From contig NC_042997.1 of assembly GCF_006345805.1 (NCBI RefSeq), positions 201,748,001 to 201,812,000 on the forward strand: a stretch of 64,000 bases of DNA. Reading direction: 5' to 3'. The notes under the pieces are model-generated. The model did no database searches and was not told the DNA's origin. It saw only the letters and a list, made by a program, of their open reading frames with translations. Each line of letters begins with the position of its first letter. The stretch's first letter is position 1. Positions 23,977 through 36,504 of the stretch are shown in pieces. Made by a program: the position numbers and the translations under genes. The stretch comes from Octopus sinensis. Taxonomy: Eukaryota.

Positions 23977-24195
23977 GGGCATATGGTTAAGAGCGCAAGC
24001 TACTAACTCCAAGCTTCCAAGTTCGATTCCAGGCAGTGACCTGCACAATAATAATAATATCGAAAAATACCTTAGGAATGAGAACCCAGGTTCGAAATTT
24101 CCCCAAGACACCTGATGAAGGCTGGAGGGTATATCAGCTGAAATGTTGTGTTAACAACAAACATGACGAGGACAAATATCCGTTGAATGTAAATA
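23977..24195 (+). mobile_element. SINE family H: tRNA-like head + (AAT)n spacer + hammerhead + 3' tail
   Basis: Head ggcatatggttaagagcgcaagctactaactcc..GTTCGATTCC (24021-24030); colinear with both arms at 16814-17248. Confidence 0.85.
24107..24152 (+). ncRNA. Minimal type I hammerhead ribozyme, family H
   Basis: GACAC-CUGAUGA-A-GGCUG-GAGGGUAUAU-CAGCU-GAAA-UG-UU-GUGUU. Confidence 0.8.
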
Positions 24196-25009
24196 GATAT
24201 TGCAGTGTTTTACTAATTCCCCTTGGGGCAACACTTACAATTCCTGTTTTCAGTTTTGTAATGGTGGGAGATATTAGTAAAAGTATTTCCACTTATCTCC
24301 ATTGCTTTCTATAACAAAGGTATTTAGTCCTACACCTCTCTAGTGTCTGTATAACATTTGTGATTGTAAACCAGTTTTCTTATTCCTCTTGTATTCTGAA
24401 CTAAGTCAATGAACAGATAATTGATCAAACAGAATGGAATTTGGTTTTGGTTTATAAACCTCAGTTAACAGAATGTCATAGTAATAATAGCTGGAGACAA
24501 ATACCATTGAAAGAACTGGAGTAATAGTGATTGACTAAATTAGATTAAAGAATAAACGAAACCAAACTATGGAGTTATACATTTGCAAGTTAATATATCT
24601 TGGAGCTAGATGTAATTATCAGAAAGTCAGACCACAGCAAAATTCCAGTTACATGGAATGTTAAATGTACATGGAATATATTTATGACCAGGTTGTGAGT
24701 ATATATTTATGATGAGGACACAATTGCTGTCATCAATCAGACCAATTAAAAGCACTAATTGGAGTCTGACAACGATATCTACTCTTGATATCAGAATAAC
24801 TGCTTGCCTTGACAACCATCTGTAAGACAATTGCTTCCTCCAATTAAGAGAAAGCACAACTATTATACGGGTGCAAATAAATACTAATAAAACTAATTAC
24901 AGTTTTGGACTAATCACATACTGAGGTTAATGATAGTGACTAGCCTTGTTTTCTCAGAACTGCTGCCCTTATGACTAAATTGGAAGCAATTATTTAGACC
25001 TTATAAGGC

Positions 25010-25545
25010 AGCGAGCTAGCACAAATATTAGCATGCCGGGCGAAATGCTCAGTGGTATTTCGTCTCTCTTTACGTTCTGAGTTCAAATTCTGCTGAGGTC
25101 AACTTTGCCTTTCATCCTTTCAGGGTTGATAAATTAAGTATCAGTTGCATACTGGGGTCGATCTAATCGACTTTCCCCCTCCCCAAAAATTTCAGGCCTT
25201 GTGTCTAGAGTAGGAAAGAATATATCTAAAATTCAAGGCAGCAAGCTGCCAGAAACATGCTTAGCAGTATTTTGTCAGTCTTTACATTCTGAGTTCAAAT
25301 TCCGCCAAGGTCAACTGCCTCTCATCCTTTTGGGGACGATAATATAACTACCAGTTGCATACTGGAGTTGATTTAATCGACTCCCCACCCCTCCCTAAAA
25401 ATTTCAGGCCTTGTGCCTAGAGTAAAAAAGAATATTAGTATTACAAAGAAGTCGATGAGCTGGCAGAAACGTTAGTACGCTCGATGAAATGCTTAGCGGT
25501 ATTTCGTCTGTCTTTACATTCTGAGTTCAAATTCCGCCAAGGTGT
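25010..25545 (+). mobile_element. Three successive SINE S2 units (third 3'-truncated)
   Basis: Heads at ~25010, ~25235 and ~25455. Confidence 0.85.
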
Positions 25546-26055
25546 CGACACCTGGGCAGTACCATTCAATCCAGCAGTGTCAACAGCACTAAAATAAATG
25601 TAGTTTGGGAACAAACATACCTTAGATACTACCACATTCAGTCAGTCATAATTCTAGGGAGAATTAAACACTGACATTATTAATTAAACTACAACAAAGA
25701 AACCACATTCACCCTATGTACAAAAAGAGTATCAGTAAATTAATAATTCTATAAGTAAACCTATAATTAACTTCTGGATTCTCTAACTAAATAGCAAGCT
25801 AGCTCTTGAAGTCCATACAGATAATATTCCTACTGGGCTTCCATAGTTATTAATATAAAAGTGAAAGCTTTTATATTCTTTTCTTTCCAAAGCAAAACAA
25901 ACTCGATTGAACTTAACTAATATTATAACTAATTCTAAGTGAATTACACTAAAGTTAATAATTAAAACACTCCATACATCTTAGAAATTCGTTATTCTTT
26001 TATGCTTTAATGTTAAACTTATACCAGTAATTTAATAGATATTAAAATATCCTTA

Positions 26056-26280
26056 TTAACCCTTTCATTACTGTATTTATTTTGAGATGCTCTGTGTTTC
26101 TTTCAATTACTTTAAATATAACAAAGAATTTAGTAAAATTACTTATTTATCATCCATCTAGTGTTAGGAACATAAATTGTGACTAAGGTTTGGTGGAAGA
26201 TTTTAATTCAAAACTTATGAAAAGACATTTGTACTCGGAGCTAGAGCCGGTTTCAGCCAGGTTGGTAACGAAAGGGTTAA
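26056..26280. mobile_element. piggyBac-type MITE
   Basis: TTAA-CCCTTTCATTAC ... GTAACGAAAGGG-TTAA; second copy at 37736-37957. Confidence 0.9.
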
Positions 26281-26594
26281 ATCAGAATCTAATAAAAGAA
26301 TACCTATAATTAACAATTATTATTAAAACCCTTGTTACAATTAAAGCTAAATACATAACTGTTTAAAAGATATTATAAAGTATTACCACTTACATGTTAT
26401 CTGGACACATGAGGTTCAAGTCAACTATTTTCTCAAAAAACTTTGACCATTTGGTGGCATGGTGCATAGTCCACTACTTTTTCAAATGTCTTTAACTATT
26501 TTGGTGATGTAGTATGCGATTAGATTGACTTGTAAACAGTCCTAATATGGACAACCTACTATCCAGATCATTAGACATTTACAAATATTTACTA

Positions 26595-26930
26595 AGTGGC
26601 ACCTTGGGCAAGTGTCTTCTACTATAGCCACAGGCCGACCAAAGCCTTGTGAATGGATTTGGTAGACAGAAACTGAAAGAAGCCTGTTGTATATATGTAT
26701 ACATATATATATATATGTATGTGTTTGTGTGTCTGTGTTTGTCCCTCCAACATCGCTTGACAACCGATGCTGGTGTGTTTACGTCCCCGTAACTTAGCGG
26801 TTCAGCAAAAGAGACCAATAGACTAAGTACTAGGCTTACAAAGAATAAGTCCTGGGGGTCAATTTGTTTGACTAAAAGCGGTGCTCCAGCATGGCCACAG
26901 TCAAATGACTGAAACAAGTAATAGAGTAAG
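26595..26930 (+). mobile_element. 5'-truncated SINE S1
   Basis: Starts at gtggcaccttgggcaag; high similarity to 5554-5992. Confidence 0.88.
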
Positions 26931-27252
26931 TTGAAAGCTAGATATTACACCATATTTAGTTAAAATTTCCAGTCTCCCACCTAAACAGTGATTAAATGTT
27001 TTATCTAATTTACCATATCCATACCCTTGTACTACAAAATGTCTTAATAATTTATTCTTTCTAAAAATCTATTAGTATTATTTATAATTGTGCCATACCT
27101 GATAATCTGGCCTGAAAAAGCACCATAACCTATAAAAGAAGAAATTCTACTACTGAAACGTGGCATTGAAGCTATTTGGAAACCAAAACCTTCTGTTTTA
27201 TTATAAATGTCAGTACATATCTCATTATTATCCTTAATTACCAATATATTAT

Positions 27253-27474
27253 TCGAACGTGATCGATGTCAGGCTTGCCTGATTGGCTCCTGTGTCGGTG
27301 GCACGTAAAAAGCACCCTCTACACTCGCAGAGTGGTTGGCGTTAGGAAGGGCATCCAGCTGTAGAAACTCTGCCAGATCAGATTGGAGCCTGGTGCAGCC
27401 ATATAGTTCGCCAGACTTCAGGCAAACCATCCAACCCATGCCAGCATGGAAAACGGACGTTAAACAATGATGAT
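27253..27474 (+). mobile_element. SINE family S3 with (GAT)n tail
   Basis: ggcacgtaaaaagcac..ggaagggcatccagctgtagaaactctgcc..catggaaaacggacgttaaacaatgatgat; about 15 related copies in the window. Confidence 0.85.
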
Positions 27475-28788
27475 ATGTGTGTGTGTTTACATTTGTACTT
27501 CACCAAAAAACACTGAGCTGCAAGCATTTTTCAAATCATTCACAATGCATTGCCAGGTCTGGGGCTGTTGTAGAAAACACTTGCTCAAGGTGCCATGCAA
27601 TAAAATTGAACCTAAAACCATATAGTTGGGAAGCAAGCTTCTCAACCACATAGCCATACCTGTGCATCTTAATAATATTTATTACTATTTCACAGGTACA
27701 TATGTTTCATTTCTGATCTTTCTCTCTCCAGCTGGGTAACTCTGTACTTCCTCTACACCAAGACACCTGTATCTGTCTCTCTCTCTAAATATATATATAA
27801 CAAATCAGCTAACTTTGCTTTTGAAGACATATGAAATAAGAGATTTGAAAACAGGCTGCTCTTTCTAGCTGAACAAGTGATTGTTTAAAGGCTCCTCTTG
27901 TTACTTATCAGAGCAATTGTTACTTCATGCCATTAGACTGCTCTCCTTAATTAGCTGAGATAGTAGTTGCTACTGTAACTTCATAGTCCGATAATTAACT
28001 GCAGTGGGGAAAGCATCCAGCATTAAAGCATGTCTACTAGTCCTGCTAATAGGAAAAGAAATGGATAGAAAATAATTTAACAAAATTTACTTCAAACACA
28101 ACCAAATTAAATTTTTAAAAAAGGACAGAAAACTAACTGTAAAATTAATTTAGGTTTATTGCAAAACTTTGATATTAATGAGCTGAACATAGATTACAGG
28201 AAAAAAATATTTTTGTTTCGTCATTTATTTTTTATTCATTATGGTTTGAAATAATCAATAATATCTCTGGTACATTATTAATCTGAGGCTGATAATGTTG
28301 ACCTTCGTAACAAGAATCTTTCGACTGATGCTGTAGGTAATCCTAAATATTGTCAATCTAAAACCAGAGACAGTATTCCGACTTCTTGCTTCTTTGTATT
28401 TAGTAAGAATCTAGTAGAAATCTTATAAAGTATGTATGACCAACAGATGTTAAGTGAAACAAGGCTAATGCTGTATTATAGTTAATAATGCATTTTCTTT
28501 TTGATTTCATGGCGGCTCTCGCTCAGTAATTTCTCCTATGCTAAGCAATAGTCATATTGAACGACTTAGTAAATGAACAATTAAATGTGTCCATGCCAAT
28601 TGCAGTTATAAATAATGTAAGCATTATCTTAAAGCCGCTTGCAGCCTGTGTTACTCAAACATACATAATCAGTGGACAAATAAAATGAATACGCTGTACT
28701 GTAAGGGATAAAAGAGAGACGGTTGTTTTAGCTAATGTGGAAACAGCCTGTCTAAATGAATTATCCTTTTTAAAGTGAAAACCATAAA

Positions 28789-29545
28789 TACAAGGTGTTT
28801 GAGCTAAATTTAACAATTTTTTTTTTCTGCCACCTTTTTACAGGAACAGCTTACTGTATAAATGAGTTGGTGTTGGAGAGCGTAAAGATTAAAATTGCAG
28901 TTGAGAAAATGTCAGCCGACGTGAAGGACTGGAAGCCAGCTAAATATTCTTTTCTAATCTAGGCACAAGGCCTGAAATTTTGGGGGAAGGGGCCAGTCGC
29001 TTACATTAACCCCAGTATGCAACTGGTACGTAATTCATCGAACCCAAAAGGATGAATGGCAAAGTTGACCTTGGTGGAATTTGAACTCAGAATGTAAAGA
29101 GACGAAATACTGCTGAGTATTTCGGCCCGTGTGCTAACATTTCTACGAGCTGGCTGCCTTGGAAACCAGATGAATATCGGAAAAGAGCCACCTGAATCAT
29201 GATGATTTGCAGTGGATATCAAAATGCTGACATCATGACTGTTGCTGAATGCTCTGTGAATACTGTAAAGGTTGTAAGATATGACATGGACAGCTGCAAC
29301 AGAGACTACGAAGCTGTGACCAGCAGGAAGAGGCACAGTAGATGTTCTTACTGTGTCTGCACATTGGAATTCATTCAGCAAGTTCAGGACAAAGTGATAG
29401 AAGATCTGAGCAAGGAAATCCAAGCTTTGGTGCGAGGTGGGTATTGGAATTGCCACTATGAATCTGGCCTTGAATGATGACCTTCGCTACCACTTGCACA
29501 TGAGGTACAGGGGACAAATTCTGACGGCCAAAGCCAAGGAGAACA
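28789..29545 (+). pseudogene. Decayed Tc1/mariner (maT/DD37D-like) transposon, 5' part, interrupted by a SINE
   Basis: TA-CAAGGTG end; after removing the SINE it reads MSADVKDWKPDEYRKRAT*IMMICSGYQNADI..TLEFIQQVQDKVIEDLSK../..ALNDDLRYH..RGQILTAKAKEN, an HTH region typical of maT-like transposases. Confidence 0.7.
28940..29160 (-). mobile_element. SINE S2 nested in the transposase
   Basis: 10-bp TSD tggaagccag (28930-28939) / tggaaaccag (29160-29169). Confidence 0.9.
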
Positions 29546-30153
29546 GTTGTAATTTGAAAAAATACTTTGTCTTTGATAAATTCCACTGGTACAAGTAACT
29601 AAGTACCCATTGTGTTATAAAATAGATAATTCATATTTTACTAATTAGATTTTAGCTGTTCGTTTGGTAGGTTTTAGTTTAACAGAAAGAAAAAAAGGAA
29701 AATCACATATTATATAGATTTGAAGGTGCTTTGGGCATTATTTTCTAAGTAATTTCAATTTCTAAATGACTTCATGATATAATTGCAATACTTAATTACT
29801 TATTTATGATGGTCTATAACAGGTTTTATTATTTTTTTTCCATTAAACAGAAATTTTTAAATGTTTTCTGCATGAAGTTATTTCATTTAATGGAAACACT
29901 AAAATTTGTTATAGTTACGTGGGCGGATGTTGGTCACATTTAATTCTAACTACATTTCTCATAACTATTCAACAATCATCGTTTTAATGTCTACTTTTCC
30001 ATACTTGCAAGAATCAGACGAGAGAACATTGAAGTAGAGCTTTTCTACAGCCAGATGCCCTTCTTATCACCAAACCCTTCATTCCTAAGTGAGATTGTAA
30101 TCTCCCAGCCTGGATATGTTTTTATGTGGGGAACTGGAAACAAACAACACAGT

Positions 30154-30380
30154 TTAACCCTTTAGCGTTCAGATTATTCTATCAAACATAATGATTATTG
30201 ATTCACATTGATTTGAATTAATCATGCATTATCTCATATCTTCAAGATCTTGATGGTGTAATTACCTAATGTAGAATAACATTGTAGGGTAGGTGTGAGA
30301 GCCTGGATCTGCTCAGTTTGAACACAAAACAGATTAACTATTTTGGCCGGATATGGCTGGTTTAAATACTAAAGGGTTAA
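30154..30380. mobile_element. piggyBac-type MITE, second family
   Basis: TTAA-CCCTTTAGCGTT ... AAATACTAAAGGG-TTAA; related copy at 57351-57557. Confidence 0.88.
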
Positions 30381-31644
30381 GGAGTCTTTTGTTAACAAGG
30401 CTCAAGCAGCATGTCAAGATTGGGTAGCATTTCAGGGTGGATTGCAAGCCAATAACACTGGCAGGGTGCTATTGTTTAAAAACCAGCAAACACAAGGAAA
30501 CCCATGCACCCACCCACACACACACACGATGAGCTTCTTTCAGTTTCCACTTTTCAAATCATTCACAATGCGTTGCCAGGTCTGGGGCTGTTGTAGAAAA
30601 CACTTGCTCAAGGTGCCATGCAATAAAATTGAACCTAAAACCATATAGTTGGGAAGCAAGTTTCTCAACCACATAGCCATACCTGTGCATCTTAATAATA
30701 TTTATTACTATTTCATAGTCACATATGTTTCATTCCTGATCTTTCTCTCTCCAGCTGGGTAACTATGTACTTCCTCTACAGCAAGACACCTGTATCTGTC
30801 TCACTGTAACCTTCTCATCATCACCTTGTCCAATGCCTCCTGCCCTCTTAAAAGCACCCAGTCCACACTGTAAAGTGGTTGGTGTTCAGAAAGGCATCCA
30901 GCTGTAAAAAACCTTGCCAAAACTGAACTTGCCTGTGCTTGTGCTATGTAAAAAGCACTAAGTCCACTCTGCTGAGTGCTTGGTGTTAGGCAGGGCATCC
31001 AGCTGCAAAAACCTTACCAAAACTGACCTTGCCTGCCAAAACAGTTGCAGAAGTATGGTGCAGGCTTCTGCCTGGCCAGCTCTTGTGGTACCATCCTGCC
31101 CACGCTAGCATGGAACACGGATGTTAAATGATGATGATGTTATTTACTCTATATTCTAGGGAATTTTTGCAAAGTCTTACAATTTTTTTTTTTAATGGCA
31201 GGACTCTCTTTAATGTTAACACATTATACTTACCTTTTGAGTTTTATAAACTTCAAACTTGTTTGTTTTTTCTAATCTGGTATCTACATGAAATACTTTA
31301 TAGTTAAACTGAATTTGCTGCATTAGAAATGCAATTTAATCCTCTTCACAGAATTTCTTTCATCTTAAATTATTTCATTATATACTTCAGCAATTATATT
31401 TTAATTTTCATTTCCAATTCTTTAATTATTTAATTTCAGCACAAAGAAACATCTGAAATTATCATTATAATAATAATAATAATAATTATTATCATTATTA
31501 TTATTATCTTTATACTTTTATGTAAATATTTGTCTTTTTAGATGACAAAATTATCAATTCTTCTTTTTGAAACGCACATACTCCCAAGCCTTATATTTAT
31601 TTTAATTTAATTCTTATACAAATAAATGATTATAACCAGTGAAT

Positions 31645-32273
31645 TCTCTCTCTCGCCCCCCCTCCTCTCTCTCTCGCCTTCTCTCTCTCTCGCCTTCTCT
31701 CTCTCTCGCCTTCTCTCTCTCTCGCCTTCTCTCTCTCTCGCCTTCTCTCTCTCTCGCCTTCTCTCTCTCTCGCCTTCTCTCTCTCTCGCCTTCTCTCTCT
31801 CTCGCCTTCTCTCTCTCTCGCCCTCTCTCTCTCTCGCCCTCTCTCTCTCTCTCGCCCTCTCTCTCTCTCGCCCTCCTCTCTCTCTCCGCCCTCTCTCTCT
31901 CTTCTCTCTCTCGCCCCTCTCCTCTCTCTCGCCCTCTCTCTCTCTCTCGCCCTCCTCTCTCTCTCGCCCTCTCTCTCTCCTCTCTCTCTCTCCCTCTCTC
32001 TCTCTCTCGCTCTCTCTCTCTTCGCCTTCTCTCTCTCTCGCCTTCTCTCTCTCTCGCCCTCTCTCTCTCTCGCCCTCTCTCTCTCTCTCCCCCTCCTCTC
32101 TCTCTCTCGCCCTCTCTCTCTCTCTCTCCCTCTCTCTCTCTCTCGCCCTCTCTCTCTCTCGCCTTCTCTCTCTCTCGCCCTCTCTCTCTCGCCCTCTCTC
32201 TCTCTCTCTTGCCTTCTCTCTCTCTCGCCTTCTCTCTCTCTCTCCTTCTCTCTCTCTTGCCCTCTCTCTCTCT
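31645..32273 (+). repeat. (CT)n microsatellite with periodic CGC interruptions (~18-nt higher-order unit ctctctctctcgccttct)
   Basis: Directly visible; explains the ORFs at 31626-32319. Confidence 0.97.
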
Positions 32274-32948
32274 GAAAGTCTATATTGCCTATTTTACAGC
32301 GGTTGATACATAATTTCAAGGAACTTTCAATGGCATTTTGGTTTGTTCATTCTACTTCAGAGAAATATCAGTTTTGGCACTGTGACTAATCAAAACTACA
32401 AATGATCATACATCACTACTTTCACCCACTCGCTCTATCAAATACATCAATCACAAAAAAGTAAAATGAAAAAAAAAAATTGTAGAAACTGTTGGTTTTG
32501 TTTCATTTTCTGGTTTGCTTGATTGCTTGTTTGAATCTCCATTCTGGTATCTCAGAAACTATTGAAGCTAGGAATTTGATTTTTTTTTTTTTTTAATCAA
32601 TGATTGCTAAGCAAAATATAAAGCTGCACTTTTTTTCTTTGTTTTTAAAAAAAATTTGCCTTTTTTCATCAAGTTATTTTGAAGTTCATGGCCCGGCTCT
32701 CTTCAACCTGACATTTGCTGTGTGTGGGCTATAGATTATGTAAGAGATATTATCATTTAAGAAGTTTGCTTTGTAACTGTATTGTTTATAGAGTTTGTTG
32801 CTCCTCTGAGGCACTGTGGATAGTTGTCTTTGATTATGGTTTTAAGCTGACCATTATCTTGTGAGTAGAACTGTCATGTGGAGACTGAAAGAAGCCCTGT
32901 GTGTATGTGTGTGTGTCTTTCCAATATCTTAGTGTTGTTTATGTGCTG

Positions 32949-33196
32949 AATATAAACAAGGTCTGTTATGTCTGGGGAGAGTCATTTTCTTTTTGTGCCT
33001 TATTTTTGTGTAACACACTCACGGTAAAATTTCCATGTTTTTCTTATTTTTATTGTCCTAAAAATAGGTGAGTGTGTTACATAATAAGGCACAAAAAGAA
33101 AATGATTCTCCCCAGACACAATAGAATATGCTTCAATACACAAACTCATATAAAGAATCTTGCAAACCAAATCCAAAAGCGAAATATAAACAAGGT
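32949..33196. mobile_element. Fold-back retroposon fragment, family B
   Basis: Internal IR gtctggggagagtcattttctttttgtgcc / ggcacaaaaagaaaatgattctccccagac; 14-bp TSD aatataaacaaggt (32949-32962, 33183-33196). Confidence 0.8.
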
Positions 33197-33844
33197 TACC
33201 ATCGATGTAAGCTGTGCGGTTGTTTACAATCTACCAGGGAAACATATCTGGCTATTGAGTTGTTCATTGTTTGAAAGACTAGGGGAAATGTAACCTTACT
33301 TGGAAGAAAATGAGGGTTAATGACAGGAAGAACATCCCTATCTGTTTCATCTGATCCATGCAAGCATGAGAAAATGGATGTTAAAAGGATGGCGATAATG
33401 ATAGCAACATAAATATGAAAATGCAACAAAAATATGAAAATTCCCACATAGATAGATAGAAACACAATTTCTTTCACACTTTGGTTGCTTTAACCCTTTT
33501 CTTTCTTTATTTCTTTTGTTTCAATTAATTTTGAAAGTGGTGAAGAATTTAGTGAGATTAATTTGTCATTATTAAACCAGTGTTTAGAAAATAAATTAAC
33601 ATTAATCTTTGATGAAATTTACATCAATTTAAAGCAGGAAGTTTTGCTTCTTAGAACCAGGAGTAGTCAATAATAATTACAAATGTATTTGAATACAGAC
33701 CACATATAAATCTTTCCTTGGACTGTGGCCATACTGGGGCACATTTCCTTTGGTTTTATTTACTAATTCTTTGGTTATTATTGAGCTGAATATTTCTCCT
33801 AACAACTAATTTTCAACTTTTGCTGTTTTACTTTCTTTGTGTAA

Positions 33845-34192
33845 AGGTGCATGGCTCAGTGGTTAGAGTGTCGAGCTTACGATTGTGAGGTTGTGAGTTT
33901 GATTCCTGGACCAGGCTGTGTGTTGTGTTCTTGAGCAAGACACTTTATTTCACGTTGCTCCAGTTAACTCAGCTGTAGAAATGAGTTGCAACATCACTGG
34001 AGCCAAGCTATATCGGTCTTTGCCTTTCTCTTGGACAACATCAATGGTGTGAAGAAGGGAGGCTGGTATGCATGGGTGACTGCTGGCCTTCCACAAACAA
34101 TCTTACCTGGACTTGTGCCTGAGAGGTAACTTTCTAGGTGCAATCCCATGGTCATTCTTGACCAAAGGATGTCTCCTCCTCCTACTTTCCTA
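33845..34192 (+). mobile_element. tRNA-derived CORE-like SINE, family S5
   Basis: TGGCTCAGTGG A box, GAGTTTGATTCC B box, CORE-like tgtgttcttgagcaagacactt; fragments at 23655-23780 (-) and 17660-17681. Confidence 0.75.
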
Positions 34193-35817
34193 ACATCAAT
34201 AATGATTTTTGGAAAGCAATAGTGTGCCAGGCCACCTGGATTTGTTTCTATGACCACTCAGAGAAGTAAAATTGAAACTGGTCTTAGACTTAACGACATT
34301 TTTATCCAATGAAAATTTAATAAATTGGCTTTTGCATGGTAAACAGCAAGAGTCAGAATAATATCATACATAATCATTTCTTGATATGTTCAAATCTGTT
34401 ACAACATATAAAGAACAAATATGCATCTTTTATTTGTTACTTTTTTGGTCATTAGACTGCAGTCATGGAGGGGTACTACCTTAAAGACTCTTTAGTTGAA
34501 TGAATCACCCCCAGAACTCTTTTTTTTTTTTTTATCTGGTATATATTCATTTAGTTTCTTTTGCTGAATTACTAATTTCAGGGACATAAACACACCAACA
34601 TTGGTTCTCAAGTAGTGGTGGGGCACGAGCATAGATACAAAAGTACACACACACATGATGGTGTTCTTTTAGTTTCCATCTACCGAATCCACTCACAAGG
34701 CTGTGGTCAATCCAAAGCTGTAGTAGAAGACACTTGCTCAAGATGCCATGCAGCAGGACTGAACCCAGAACCATGTGATTGGTAAGCAAACTTTTTACCG
34801 CACGGCCATGCCTGCACCTATGTATGTCATATTTTCATTCTCGCACACATGATGGTTTATTATTGGTTGGCAGAAATCGGTAAATAATTTGCTTGGTGAA
34901 TTCTATAAATAAGAACCAAATCTCTTATTGAATTCACTGGTCTGCGGTAGCTGTAACTGAAGGGACAAACAACAAGGTTGAATTATCAGGGTCTTAAAGG
35001 CCCTTTACTCCCCAGTGAACTGTGTTACAAACACACTTTCTTCTGAAAGGAGAAATTGTCCTCTAATAAATATTGGTTTCAAATTTTGGCACAAGGCTAG
35101 AAATTCCAAGGGATTGGGTAAGTCAATTACATTGACCCCAGTACTTCACTGGTATTTATTTTATCAACCCCAAAAGGACAAAAAACAAAGACAACCTTGG
35201 CAAAATTTGAACTCAGAATGTAAAGATGGATAAATTGCCTACAAGCATTTTGCCCCACATTCTAAGGATTCTGCCAGCTTGTCACCTTAATTTCTTCTCC
35301 AATTAGCATATTCCTATTGCAGTATGTTGCAACATATTAAGAATGATTATGTCATTGGGAATTTTAATGATATAGCACTATTGCTGTATTCCTAGCAACT
35401 CTGATATGTGTTAAGAGGAGGTAGTTTAGGACATTGGACAGATTACATACATTACCAGTGACTCATTGGAGATTCAGACATTCCTAACTGTGAGAGGCTG
35501 CTGTTTTATCCACTTAATCTTTACAAATCCCTGTGTAAATACAAAAGGACTTTCTGAAGATCCATGCTGGCATCTAAAATTTGTTGTAGTTTAAGAAATG
35601 GAAAGTTTATACTTTGTGTACTAAAGACTTCACCTCTTTTAGTGAAGTAAATATTGATTTATGTCGATGAAGAATCATGGAAGAGTGATTGAGAATTTGC
35701 TTTGCAGTTTTGTGAATTTGGGTTCAGTCTCACTGAATGACATCCTCGGCAAGTGCCTTCTACTATAGCCCTGAGTCAACCAAATCTTTGTGAGTGCTTT
35801 TGATATGTGACACTGTT

Positions 35818-36120
35818 GGTTATGACAATGAGGGTTCCAGTTGATCCGATCGAAGGAACAGCCTGCTTGTGAAATTAATGTGCAAGTGGCTGAGCACTCC
35901 ATGGACACGTGCACCCTTAATGTAGTTCTTGGGAGATTCAGCATGACACAGAGTGTAACAAGGCTGGCCCTTTGAAATACAGGTACAACAGAAACAGGAA
36001 GGAAGAGTGAGAGAAAGCTGTGGTGAAAGAGTACAGCAGTGTTCGCCATCACTCCCTGCCAGAACCACGTGGAGCTTTAGGTGTTTTCACTCAATAAACG
36101 TGCACAATGCCCGGTCTGGA
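35818..36120 (-). mobile_element. SINE S4, CpG-decayed
   Basis: Reverse complement of 2690-3000. Confidence 0.85.
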
Positions 36121-36504
36121 AGTCGCCACTGAAGAATCTTGTTTGATTAGTCATATTGAAATTGTGTATCTTTGTTTTTGTCTTTTTTTAACAAAGCTTT
36201 CATCTTTTACTTGTTTCTGTCATTGGATTGTGGTCATGCTGGAGCACTGTTTTCAAGAATTTAGTTAAACAAAACAACACTTATTCTTTAGTCTGGTACC
36301 TTTTTTATTGATCTCTTTTGCCAAACTGCTAGAATATAGGAACGTAAAGAAACCTACTCTGATAGTAAAGTACTTCTCGGGGACAAGTAAAAACACACAC
36401 ATATGAGGAGGCTTCGACACAGTTTCCATTTATCAGATTCACTCACAAGTCACTGGTCGACCCAAGACTACTGCAGAAAACACTATGTACTTGCAAAGTA
36501 AACT

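Noticed and set aside
27044-27244. ORF with a PDZ-like GFGFQI motif and a possible 31-nt minus-strand exon (27099-27129)
   Set aside because: The rest does not fit a PDZ fold, and no partner exons were recognised
31626-32319. Three ORFs over 220 aa (SL- or RE-rich)
   Set aside because: Translations of the CT microsatellite
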